A stretch of 64,000 nucleotides of DNA from contig CABZPR010000002.1 of assembly GCA_902527545.1 (NCBI GenBank), positions 74,407 to 138,406 of the forward strand, written 5' to 3'. Below are positions 51,713 through 61,117 of the stretch, piece by piece. Made by a program: the position numbers and the translations under genes. Origin of the DNA: an uncultured Alphaproteobacteria bacterium (GTDB lineage Bacteria > Pseudomonadota > Alphaproteobacteria > HIMB59). The first letter of the stretch is position 1. The number at the start of each line of letters is the position of its first letter. The notes under the pieces were generated by a model. That model was not told the DNA's origin. It made no database searches and worked only from the letters and a program-made list of their open reading frames with translations.

Positions 51713-52693
51713 ATGCACCTAGCTGGACAGTTTGTAAGGAGAATTTTACAAGGAGTAGTAGTCGTATTGATTACTACATTTTTAATATTCTCTATTTTAA
51801 GAATTGTCCCAGGTGATCCAGTTAGATTAATTGTCGGGGGTATGGCCCCCGACAATCTCGTTGAAGAGATTGCCCAAAAAATGGGTTTAAGAGACCCAAT
51901 ACCTGTTCAATTTGGAAGATACCTATCTCAAGTTGTTCAAGGAGATTTAGGTAACTCTTATCAAAGACCTAAAAACGGAATGATGGGGCAAGGTGGAGAT
52001 TTTAACGCAAACATGGATGTAGAAATGGCTGAGGTATCTGACTTAATACTTGAAAGGTTACCTTACACACTTCAGCTAGCCGGTTTAGCATTATTAATTT
52101 CTTTAATAATTTCTTTTCCTTTAGGTATTTCTGCAGGTTTAAAGCCTAAAGGTTTTATAAGTAAAATTGCATTTTTCATTAGTTCAGTTTTTGTATCAAT
52201 CCCAAATTTTTGGCTAGGAATAGTACTGGCTCTTTTTATAACAATAAAATTAGGTCTTTTGCCTTCTATAGGTTATCAAAATTTTGCATACACTATACTC
52301 CCTGCAATAGTTTTGGCTGTGGAGACTTGTCCATTTATAATTAGAACTATCTCCGTCTCTTTTGCAGAGATATCTCAAGAATATTTTATAAAATCAGGTA
52401 AGGTTAGAGGTTTAACCAGAAATGGAGTAATCTACAGGCATACATTAAGAAATGCATCCATACCTTTACTTAACTTATTAGGAATACAATTAAGCACACT
52501 GCTTGGCGGGGTAATAGTGGTTGAATACATTTTTGACTATCCGGGTTTAGGTCAACTTACAATTTATGCTGTTTTACAAAGAGACTTTCCATTAATTCAA
52601 GGCATAGCTATGGTTACAAGTGCATTGTATGTGGGTTTAAACATCGCTGTGGATTTAATAACATACTCAATAGACCCAAGACTCGAGTCATGA
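51713..52693 (+). CDS. ABC permease (DppB/OppB-like)
   Basis: VPGDP, GDLGNS, YRHTLRNA, IFDYPGLG. Confidence 0.93.
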   Translation: MHLAGQFVRRILQGVVVVLITTFLIFSILRIVPGDPVRLIVGGMAPDNLVEEIAQKMGLRDPIPVQFGRYLSQVVQGDLGNSYQRPKNGMMGQGGDFNANMDVEMAEVSDLILERLPYTLQLAGLALLISLIISFPLGISAGLKPKGFISKIAFFISSVFVSIPNFWLGIVLALFITIKLGLLPSIGYQNFAYTILPAIVLAVETCPFIIRTISVSFAEISQEYFIKSGKVRGLTRNGVIYRHTLRNASIPLLNLLGIQLSTLLGGVIVVEYIFDYPGLGQLTIYAVLQRDFPLIQGIAMVTSALYVGLNIAVDLITYSIDPRLES

Positions 52694-53568
52694 CGTTAGA
52701 AGACTCAAGTATATCAAAAAAAATTTTTTATGACTCTTGGCAAAATAACTTTTTTAAATTTTCTGTAATCTTTTTTATATTCATCTGTCTGCTCGCTTTT
52801 ATTTATCCAGAGATCAGTGAAATTAAAGCAGAAAAGATGAATATTAAGTCAAAATTTTTACCACCAATTTTTTTTGAGGGTTTTTCTTGGACTCATATAT
52901 TAGGCACCGATCAACTTGGAAGAGATATGTTAATGCGTTGTTTAGTTGGATTAAGATTTTCTTTAATCATAGGTTTTGCATCAGTATTTATAATGCTCTT
53001 ATTTGGTTGTCTTGTTGGAATAATATCTGGATTTAAATCGTCTTGGGTAGATGTAATAATAATGAGAATTACTGACGCTCAACTATCTATACCAATGGTT
53101 ATTCTTGCAATCAGTATTTTAGGTGTTTCCCGGCCAAATCTAGCTTCAATAATTTTAGTTTTGGCGCTATCTGGTTGGCCTCTTTATGCAAGAGTCTCAA
53201 GGAGTATGGCTTTAATTGAGAGAGATAAAGAATATGTAAGAGGTGCAAGAATTTTAGGAGCCAATGACTTTAGAATAATTTTTTTTCTGGTAGTTCCAAT
53301 TATTCTCCCACCAATAGCATTTGTTTCAGTTTTAGATATTGCGAGAATGATGATTTTTGAGGCAATTCTGGGTTTTCTTGGCCTTGGTGTTCAACCCCCT
53401 ACACCAACCTTCGGTAATATAATAGCAGATGCAAGAAAATATTTAATTAATGCGTGGTGGATTGCAACGATGCCTGGTGTTTTTTTAGTTATAACTTTAG
53501 TAACATTAAATTATATAGGCTCAACTCTAGAAAAATCAAAAAATAAAATCTTTGGAGAGGGTATTTAA
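52690..53568 (+). CDS. ABC permease (DppC/OppC-like)
   Basis: HILGTDQLGRD, EYVRGARILGA, LGFLGLGVQPP. Confidence 0.93.
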   Translation: MTLEDSSISKKIFYDSWQNNFFKFSVIFFIFICLLAFIYPEISEIKAEKMNIKSKFLPPIFFEGFSWTHILGTDQLGRDMLMRCLVGLRFSLIIGFASVFIMLLFGCLVGIISGFKSSWVDVIIMRITDAQLSIPMVILAISILGVSRPNLASIILVLALSGWPLYARVSRSMALIERDKEYVRGARILGANDFRIIFFLVVPIILPPIAFVSVLDIARMMIFEAILGFLGLGVQPPTPTFGNIIADARKYLINAWWIATMPGVFLVITLVTLNYIGSTLEKSKNKIFGEGI

Positions 53569-53573
53569 ATAAA

Positions 53574-55373
53574 ATGAGTAATCTATTAAGTGTAGAAAAC
53601 CTATCTCTAAAAGATCGATCTACTAGTAATAATGTTCTTAGAAATATTTCTTTTAATTTAAGGGAAAAAGAAATACTTGGGGTTGTTGGTGAAAGTGGCT
53701 CTGGAAAAACCTTACTCTCTCAAGCTATAGTAAATTGGCTACCAGAAAATTTAGTAATCTCTTCAGGAGAAATTAATTTTTTAGGAAAAAAAATGAGTGC
53801 AATGAGCGAAAACGAATTAGAAAAAGAAATTAGAGGAAAGGAAATAGCCTATATTGGCCCAAATGCAATAAACTCCCTAGATCCCACTTACTCTGTTGGT
53901 GCCCAATTATTAGAGAAAGCAGTGAGCATCGATAAAGGAAACACAAGTAAAGAAATTTTAAAACAAAAAGTTATTAGTCTTTTAGACGATGTATTGATTC
54001 CTTCGCCTGAAAAAAGATTTTATGAATACCCTTCTCAATACAGTGGAGGTATGATGCAAAGAGCTATGATTGTTGATGCTTTGTTGAGCTCTCCAAAATT
54101 ATTAGTTGCTGATAATATTACTATGCCGCTTGATGTAACAGTAGCTGCACAAATAATAAAATTAATGAGAGTTCTCAGAGATAAATTTAATACGACTATT
54201 ATATTTTCATCATCATCTTTACCAGTTGTCAGAGAAATATCAGACAACTTGATCATTATGAAGAATGGTTCAATAGAGGAGCAAAATAGCACTAATGAAA
54301 TAACTTCTAATCCAAAAAGCGAACATACAAAAGAATTGATTAAAAACACCCCAAAAATTTGGTCAGAGAATATTAATTTTCAAAATATTGAAACTAAGCC
54401 TATTCTTAGCATCAAAAACTTTAGTAAGTCTTATAAAGTTAGGAACAAAAATAAATTTAATTCATTTTATCAGGTAAAAGCAGTAAGAGACTTTTCAATT
54501 GATGTTTATGAGGGAGAAAATTTAGGGATAATTGGTGAGTCTGGCTGTGGTAAATCTACATTATCAAGACTAATTTCTCTTCTTGAAAAATCTGATACTG
54601 GAACAATTACATTTAATGGAGAGGACCTATCTGATTTGAATAAAGATAAAATAAAAAATTTTAGACAGTCTTTACAATTAATACTCCAAGATCCTTATAA
54701 TAGTCTTCCATCTCGTCAAACAATAGGGAGAATAATTAGTGAAGGATTATTAATACATACCCAACTAAGTAAAATGGAGATCAAAGAAAAGGTATTATCT
54801 ATTATGAGTGAGGTTGGCATAGATCAAAATGAATACAATAAATTATTAGTTGGAAAGAGTGGAAGCTTTAGACAAAGAGTAAGTATAGCCAGGGCTTTAA
54901 TTCTTGAGCCGAAGGTAATTATTCTTGATGAAACACTATCCTCTTTAGATCAAAAAGAACAAGAAATGTTACTATCACTCTTTAGTGATATTCAAGCGAA
55001 AAGAAACCTTACATATATATTTATTTCACATGATCTGGCAATGGTCAGAAAATCATGCAATAGAATTGCTGTTATGTATATGGGTAGGATAGTTGAACTA
55101 GCAAAAAATGAAATTTTGTTTGATAAATGTGGCCATCCTTATACCAGAACTTTATTATGCACAATTCCAACTCTAGATAAAAACCCATATGATAAAAACT
55201 TATATTTGATGGATGGTGAACCTCCTGACCCAACTGAGATAGGTACGGAATGCTCTTTCAAATCAAGATGTCCACATTTTAAAAATAATAAAAAAGGGAG
55301 TACTGATATGGGGTTAATTGAAATTCAATCAGGCCACTGGGTAGATAAATGTGGGGTAGATTGTGGAAGATAA
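53574..55373 (+). CDS. Fused two-domain ABC ATPase (DppD-DppF-like)
   Basis: Walker A motifs GESGSGKT and GESGCGKST; C-terminal HPYT...CSFKSRC...C oligopeptide-transporter extension. Confidence 0.92.
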   Translation: MSNLLSVENLSLKDRSTSNNVLRNISFNLREKEILGVVGESGSGKTLLSQAIVNWLPENLVISSGEINFLGKKMSAMSENELEKEIRGKEIAYIGPNAINSLDPTYSVGAQLLEKAVSIDKGNTSKEILKQKVISLLDDVLIPSPEKRFYEYPSQYSGGMMQRAMIVDALLSSPKLLVADNITMPLDVTVAAQIIKLMRVLRDKFNTTIIFSSSSLPVVREISDNLIIMKNGSIEEQNSTNEITSNPKSEHTKELIKNTPKIWSENINFQNIETKPILSIKNFSKSYKVRNKNKFNSFYQVKAVRDFSIDVYEGENLGIIGESGCGKSTLSRLISLLEKSDTGTITFNGEDLSDLNKDKIKNFRQSLQLILQDPYNSLPSRQTIGRIISEGLLIHTQLSKMEIKEKVLSIMSEVGIDQNEYNKLLVGKSGSFRQRVSIARALILEPKVIILDETLSSLDQKEQEMLLSLFSDIQAKRNLTYIFISHDLAMVRKSCNRIAVMYMGRIVELAKNEILFDKCGHPYTRTLLCTIPTLDKNPYDKNLYLMDGEPPDPTEIGTECSFKSRCPHFKNNKKGSTDMGLIEIQSGHWVDKCGVDCGR

Positions 55374-56625
55374 CTTTTATAAAATTTCAACAAAATCAAA
55401 ACAATATTTACACGAACTTTTAAGTGATTATTCCAAAATTGGAAGAAATGAAAACAATGGTATTGACAGAGTTGCTCTTACTCATGCAGATAAGCAGGGT
55501 AGAGATTATTTTATTAAACTATTAAAGGAAAATAATTTTGATGTAAAAATAGATAATATTGGCAATATTTTTGGTCTAATAAACTTCAATAATAGCAATA
55601 ATTATATTTTATCTGGCTCACATATTGATAGTCAGCCAAATGGTGGCAACTTTGACGGAATATTTGGAGTTATCAATGCATTTGTAGCTGTTAAAGAAAT
55701 ATCTGAAAAAGTAAAAAAAAATAATCTTAAAACCAAATCTAATTTAGCTGTTGTATCTTGGACAAATGAGGAAGGAGCTAGATTTCAACCAAGTATTTTA
55801 GGAAGTAGTGTTTATACCGGACAAATGGCTTTAGATAAAGCTTATGAAATTTTAGATACCAACAAAGTTTCTGTCAAAGACTCTCTTAACGAGATAGATT
55901 ATTTAGGAAGTGATGTTTTTAAAAAACCAACACAATACATAGAAACTCATGTTGAATGCGGTAAAATTCTAGAAAATAATAATAATCAAATTGGAATTAT
56001 CGATAAATTTTGGGGATGTCACAAACATAATATTCATTTATTTGGTGAGCAGGCTCACACTGGCCCAACACCAATGAGCCAGAGAAAAGATGCTTTGCAT
56101 GCTGCTTCTCTTATAATTTCTGAGCTAAAAAAAATGTCTGATTTGTCAAAAAAAACTTTATATACGTCTGTTGGAAAAATAGATGTATATCCTAACTCTC
56201 CAAATGTAGTTCCTGGTTTTGTAAGTCTTTTTTCAGAAATAAGATCTCCATATGAAGATGTTCTAGAAGAAAATTTAAACTATTATGAGAGCTTTATAAA
56301 AGAACTTTCTAAAAAAACTGATATTAAAATTATAATAAACACTCATTCGAAAAGAGATGCAGGTAAATTTGATGTTAAAATCAATTCTAAAATTGAAGAA
56401 TTATTAAATAAAAATAATATTAAATATGAGTATTTAGACACTATTGCAGCACATGATGCGGTTCCAATGTCAAAAATAGTTCCATCCACAGTATTTGTAA
56501 CCCCAAGTGTTGACGGTATTATTCATGACCCAAAAGAATTTACTAAACCTGAGGATTTAGAGACTTGTTTAGATATACTTTATCAATATATCTCAGAGGA
56601 GTGTTTGGATGTCGAAAAACAGTGA
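55363..56625 (+). CDS. Zn-dependent M20 amidohydrolase (N-carbamoylase/allantoate amidohydrolase family)
   Basis: GSHIDSQPNGGNFDG, NEEGARF, AHTGPTPM, HDA. Confidence 0.9.
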   Translation: MEDNFYKISTKSKQYLHELLSDYSKIGRNENNGIDRVALTHADKQGRDYFIKLLKENNFDVKIDNIGNIFGLINFNNSNNYILSGSHIDSQPNGGNFDGIFGVINAFVAVKEISEKVKKNNLKTKSNLAVVSWTNEEGARFQPSILGSSVYTGQMALDKAYEILDTNKVSVKDSLNEIDYLGSDVFKKPTQYIETHVECGKILENNNNQIGIIDKFWGCHKHNIHLFGEQAHTGPTPMSQRKDALHAASLIISELKKMSDLSKKTLYTSVGKIDVYPNSPNVVPGFVSLFSEIRSPYEDVLEENLNYYESFIKELSKKTDIKIIINTHSKRDAGKFDVKINSKIEELLNKNNIKYEYLDTIAAHDAVPMSKIVPSTVFVTPSVDGIIHDPKEFTKPEDLETCLDILYQYISEECLDVEKQ

Positions 56626-57547
56626 TATTATTGAAATTATTAATAATAATTTTAGGGATATCTCCTCTATAAATATATCAGAATTAAGCTTAGCTGTAGC
56701 ATCTCCATCTAGAAAAGCAATTGAGCATAGATATTTCCAAATGGAGTGCATTCACGATAATGAGAATAAAAAGTTTTTTTTAAAAAACATTCTAGAAGAG
56801 TCAGAACAATTATTACAATTTGAAAAAATTTCCAAGAATTACAAAAGTATAGAGTTAAAAGATACTGCTAATTTATTTTCTGTTTTAAATAATGAAAAGT
56901 TTATAATACTTGATTATTTGGAAGATTATAAAACTGCTAATTTAAGACAACTAAGAGATAAAAATAATATTACAAAAATACTTAATTTTAAAAAAAATCT
57001 TAGTAAGCTAAAAAGGTTGGATAATTCTGAGAATGTTTTTTCAAATATAGAAAAGTATATAAATTATATCGATAATAAAAAATTACCTAAATTCCACAAG
57101 TTTGAATTTTTTACAAATAGTTTTTATCTTATAAAAAAAAAACTACAAGATATCGATAAAGACTTAGTTCCTTGTCATGTTGATAATTCAGCATCCAATT
57201 TTATGATTAATAAAAATAATGATATAAAAATAATTGATCTGGATTTTTGCTCAAATAATGATCCACTATCAGACCTTGGTTCTTTTGTAGCTGAGGTGTG
57301 CTTGTTTAAAAATGAGATAAACCCAATTATTGAAGAGTATTACGGTGTATACAAACAAAATTTGGCAAACAGATGTTTTATGTATTCAATTCTAGACGAT
57401 TTAAAATGGGCAATTTATAATTTTATATACAGTAAAATTTCAAAAAGAAATCATATTGAATTTATGAAATATTCTAATTGGCGTTTTTTAAACTGTAATC
57501 AAAAACTTTTAAGTTATGACATAGGTCAAATTATGGAGAATATTTGA
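56609..57547 (+). CDS. Choline/ethanolamine kinase-APH-like phosphotransferase, atypical copy 1
   Basis: LVPCHVDNSASNFM, IIDLDF, NDPLSDLG. Confidence 0.8.
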   Translation: MSKNSDIIEIINNNFRDISSINISELSLAVASPSRKAIEHRYFQMECIHDNENKKFFLKNILEESEQLLQFEKISKNYKSIELKDTANLFSVLNNEKFIILDYLEDYKTANLRQLRDKNNITKILNFKKNLSKLKRLDNSENVFSNIEKYINYIDNKKLPKFHKFEFFTNSFYLIKKKLQDIDKDLVPCHVDNSASNFMINKNNDIKIIDLDFCSNNDPLSDLGSFVAEVCLFKNEINPIIEEYYGVYKQNLANRCFMYSILDDLKWAIYNFIYSKISKRNHIEFMKYSNWRFLNCNQKLLSYDIGQIMENI

Positions 57548-58485
57548 TGAAAACAATAGGCACCCATAGTACGAAAGATGAAAAACAATTAGAAGATTAT
57601 TTAATTAAAATTAAAGATTGGAATACAGACAGCCTATATTACGAACCCGTAGGCGGAGGTATCACAAATCTTAATTGGCGTGTTTTAAATAAGGACAATA
57701 ATAAGGAGTATTTTATTAAGGTTCCAGGTGTTGGTACTGAGATATTTATAGACAGAAAAGCTTCTTTAGAGGCAAACTCTCTTGCCGCTAAAATAGGTCT
57801 TGGGCCAGAAGTTTATGACTTTTTGAGTGAATTTGGTGTTGAAATTTATGACTTTCTTCACGACCATACAACATGTACTAACTCCTCTTTTGAAAATTTA
57901 GATACAGCAAAAAAGGTATTAGAAGGATATAAAAAATTTCATTCAGCTGGAAAATTGTCAATTGTAAAAAGTGGTATTGATTTAGTCGAGGATCATTTTA
58001 AACAACTAAGTGAATACAAATGCGAAATTCCAAGTGATTTTGAATTCTTGAAATACAATTTTAATGTTGCTAAGGAAAAACTTCTAAAAGCTGGCTTAGA
58101 TTTGGTCCCATGCTTTCACGATCCAATAGCAGGAAATTTTCTTTTTTCAAAAACTGGAGAATTAAAAATGGTTGATTTTGAATATTCTTTTCAAGGAGAT
58201 AGATTTTATGATCTAGCAGTATTTTTTGGAGAGATGTTTTTTACCGATGAAATAGAGGAGGAACTTTTAAAGCAATATTTCGGTACTTCTAATGAAACTA
58301 TAAAGTCAAAAATATATATTTACAAAGCAATTGCTGACATTAAATGGGCTAGTTGGGCTTTTATTCAAGATAAACTATCCGCATTAGATTTTGATTTCTA
58401 TAAATATGGTGCTCTTAAGTATCTTCGTGCTAGGAGTTTTATAATAAGTGATAATTGGAACAAATCATTAGAAAGGATTAATTAA
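57547..58485 (+). CDS. Choline/ethanolamine kinase-like phosphotransferase, copy 2
   Basis: GGGITNLN, FIKVPG, IDRKAS, LVPCFHDPIAGNF, VDFEYS, FYDLA; ATG 57547 (track start TTG 57544). Confidence 0.87.
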   Translation: MKTIGTHSTKDEKQLEDYLIKIKDWNTDSLYYEPVGGGITNLNWRVLNKDNNKEYFIKVPGVGTEIFIDRKASLEANSLAAKIGLGPEVYDFLSEFGVEIYDFLHDHTTCTNSSFENLDTAKKVLEGYKKFHSAGKLSIVKSGIDLVEDHFKQLSEYKCEIPSDFEFLKYNFNVAKEKLLKAGLDLVPCFHDPIAGNFLFSKTGELKMVDFEYSFQGDRFYDLAVFFGEMFFTDEIEEELLKQYFGTSNETIKSKIYIYKAIADIKWASWAFIQDKLSALDFDFYKYGALKYLRARSFIISDNWNKSLERIN

Positions 58486-59232
58486 ATGAAACTTAAAAAC
58501 AAAAAAGCATTTGTAACTGGTGGCTCTAGTGGTATTGGTGCTGCTATAGCTACATTATTTGCTAAAGAAGGCGCTGATATTTCGTTTTGTCATTTTAAAG
58601 ATGAAACAAAAGCAAATTTAGTTATGGAAAAAATAAATGGTTACGGTAGAAAATGTTTCAATCAAAATATAGATATTGGAAAAAAAGATAATTGTGATGA
58701 TTTTTTTCAAAAATCTTTACAATCAATTGGAGAACCAGATATTTTAGTAAACAATGCTGGAATTATTTATGCAAGACCATTTGAGGAGGCCACTGAAAGT
58801 GAATTTGATGAAACATTAAATGTTCACTTAAAGAGCACATTTTTTTTAACTCAAAACTGTTATAAAATAATGAAGAAAAATAAATTTGGAAGAATTATTA
58901 ATATTTCCTCACAACTTGTATTTTCAGGTGGCCCAAACAGAACAGATTATTGCGCAGCTAAAGGTGGAATTTTTTCTTTTACTCGAGCTTTATCTTTAGA
59001 GGCTGTAAATCATAATATTTTAGTCAATAATATAGCACCAGGTGTAGCACAAACTGCTTTGTTAGATGGAATAGATCAAAATGTTTTAGATCAAGCCAAA
59101 GATATTATACCTATGAAAAGATTTGCAGAGCCTGAAGAAATAGCTCCAACAGCATTACTTTTAGCTTCTGAGGAAGGAAGTTTTTATTGTGGCGCTACAC
59201 TCTCACCCAATGGGGGTGAAGTTATGGTATGA
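58486..59232 (+). CDS. Short-chain dehydrogenase/reductase
   Basis: TGGSSGIG, NNAG, Ser, YCAAK. Confidence 0.93.
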   Translation: MKLKNKKAFVTGGSSGIGAAIATLFAKEGADISFCHFKDETKANLVMEKINGYGRKCFNQNIDIGKKDNCDDFFQKSLQSIGEPDILVNNAGIIYARPFEEATESEFDETLNVHLKSTFFLTQNCYKIMKKNKFGRIINISSQLVFSGGPNRTDYCAAKGGIFSFTRALSLEAVNHNILVNNIAPGVAQTALLDGIDQNVLDQAKDIIPMKRFAEPEEIAPTALLLASEEGSFYCGATLSPNGGEVMV

Positions 59233-60338
59233 TTGATGAAATTAAATTAGCCAAAAATCTTATAAAAATTGACTCAACTAATCCTGGAAAATTTGAAAAA
59301 GATGTTTTTGATTTTGTTGAGACTTTATTAAATAAAAAAAAAATAAAGTATAAAAAATACCTTCTCAATAAGAATAGACCTAACTTAGTTATTAAAATTG
59401 GGAATAAGAGTATAAAAGATAATGTTCTTTTTGTTGGGCATTTGGATACTGTGCCATTTGGTCAATCAAAATGGAAATATGACCCTACAGGGGCCAGAGA
59501 ATTAAATGGTAAAATCTATGGAAGGGGATCCACAGATATGAAATCTGCTGTAGCTTCAATGTGTGCAGCTATTCTAAATCGTAAAGATTATAATTTTAAA
59601 AATAAAAATATTATTTTAGCCTTAGTATCTGGTGAAGAAACAGGGTGTGAAGGTTCAAAACTATTAGCTAAAAAATTAAAAAAAGAAAAAATTAGTGTAA
59701 TAATTTCAGGAGAACCTACAGATAATTATCCCTTATTAGGACATAAAGGTGTCTTATGGCTAGAAGCATCGGTATCAGGAAAAACTTCTCACGGTTCATC
59801 TCCACAATACGGTATTAATTCAATATATAAAGCTATTGATTATGTTAACATTCTTAAAAATTATAACTTTAAATATAAAAATGATTATATGAAAAAATCG
59901 ACAATTAATATTGGAACTTTTTTTTCAGGTCAAAATATTAATTCAGTTCCTGATAAGGCAACATTTTCAATTGATATTAGAACAGTAGAGTCCAATTATC
60001 TTTATTTAAAAGAAATAAAAAAAATTTTAAAAAATAAAAATCTAAAACTAAAAGAAATTGTAAATTTAGATATGGTTTACAATGAAAAGTGGAAAAACCA
60101 TAAAAATTTAAGCTTACTAAAACACATATGTAAATTGAATAAAAAAAGTTTCACTCCAAAATTTGCAAATTATTTTACAGACATATCACCTTTTCAAAAA
60201 TACTATGATGACCCTTTTAATATTATTGTAGGTCCAGGAATAACCCAACAAGCTCACCAAACTAATGAATATGTGAAAAAGAGTGAAATTATAAAATCTA
60301 GAAAAATATATGAGTATTTAATTAATGAGATTTGTTAA
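59229..60338 (+). CDS. M20A metallopeptidase/deacylase (ArgE/DapE family)
   Basis: GHLDTVP, GRGSTDMKS, GEETG, GEPT, HGS, QAHQTNE. Confidence 0.9.
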   Translation: MIDEIKLAKNLIKIDSTNPGKFEKDVFDFVETLLNKKKIKYKKYLLNKNRPNLVIKIGNKSIKDNVLFVGHLDTVPFGQSKWKYDPTGARELNGKIYGRGSTDMKSAVASMCAAILNRKDYNFKNKNIILALVSGEETGCEGSKLLAKKLKKEKISVIISGEPTDNYPLLGHKGVLWLEASVSGKTSHGSSPQYGINSIYKAIDYVNILKNYNFKYKNDYMKKSTINIGTFFSGQNINSVPDKATFSIDIRTVESNYLYLKEIKKILKNKNLKLKEIVNLDMVYNEKWKNHKNLSLLKHICKLNKKSFTPKFANYFTDISPFQKYYDDPFNIIVGPGITQQAHQTNEYVKKSEIIKSRKIYEYLINEIC

Positions 60339-61117
60339 TTTAGAATCTTAAGAAATTCTTTATGGCTTTTTTTTGAAATCGATGCAACTACATTACCATT
60401 CGAAAAAATATTTAATTCTTTACCTTTCCAATCGGTAATTACTCCTCCTGACTCTTCGATAATATTTACCAAAGCCATATAATCCCAAGGTTTTAAATTA
60501 TTTTCAACAACCATGGATATTCGACCTGAGGCTAACAAACCGTACTGTACACAATCACCACCGAATATATAGTATCTAATCTTTTCAGATAATTTATAAA
60601 ACAATTTGTTTTCTTTAATTTTTTTTTTAAATGCAGTAAATGCAGATGAGCTAACAACTGTATTCTTAAGAGAAATGTTAGAAATTTTCTTTCTAATACG
60701 TTTGTTATTAATATATGCACCTTTATTTTTAATTCCCATCCATCTTTTTTTTAACAAAGGACACGAAATGAATCCTATAATTGGTTTACCATTATGCGAA
60801 AGACATAACAGAGTTCCAAAATTGAAGTTACCATGTATAAAACTTTTTGTGCCATCAATCGGATCGACTATCCATAAGTACTCACTTTTTAATATTTGAT
60901 TTTGATATTCTTCTCCCAAAACATTGTGCTCTGGAAACTGCTCTTTTATTGCTTTCCTAAAAAGGATTTCTATTTTCTTATCAATTTTAGTCACAGGAGA
61001 CTCATCTTTTTTATAGTTAACATTCAACTGAGCATTAAAATTTTTTTCTAAAATTTTATCAGACTTATTTAGAAATCTTTTTGCAAAATTAATATATTTA
61101 TCAAGATCTTTATGCAT
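60335..61117 (-). CDS. hisN: Inositol monophosphatase family, histidinol-phosphatase-like
   Basis: DESPVT, GEE, VDPIDGTKSF, GGDCVQY, KPWD. Confidence 0.75.
   Translation of the reverse strand: MHKDLDKYINFAKRFLNKSDKILEKNFNAQLNVNYKKDESPVTKIDKKIEILFRKAIKEQFPEHNVLGEEYQNQILKSEYLWIVDPIDGTKSFIHGNFNFGTLLCLSHNGKPIIGFISCPLLKKRWMGIKNKGAYINNKRIRKKISNISLKNTVVSSSAFTAFKKKIKENKLFYKLSEKIRYYIFGGDCVQYGLLASGRISMVVENNLKPWDYMALVNIIEESGGVITDWKGKELNIFSNGNVVASISKKSHKEFLKILN

Noticed and set aside
4136-60899. Numerous 60-104 aa ORFs antisense to or nested within long genes (e.g. 4136-4336, 10491-10727, 32004-32294, 42924-43193, 54035-54349)
   Set aside because: They are shadows of well-supported genes and show no motifs or RBS.
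60335-61117. IMPase-family phosphatase as part of the kinase operon
   Set aside because: Opposite strand, coupled to the DsbA-family gene, and HisN-like; adjacency alone is insufficient.
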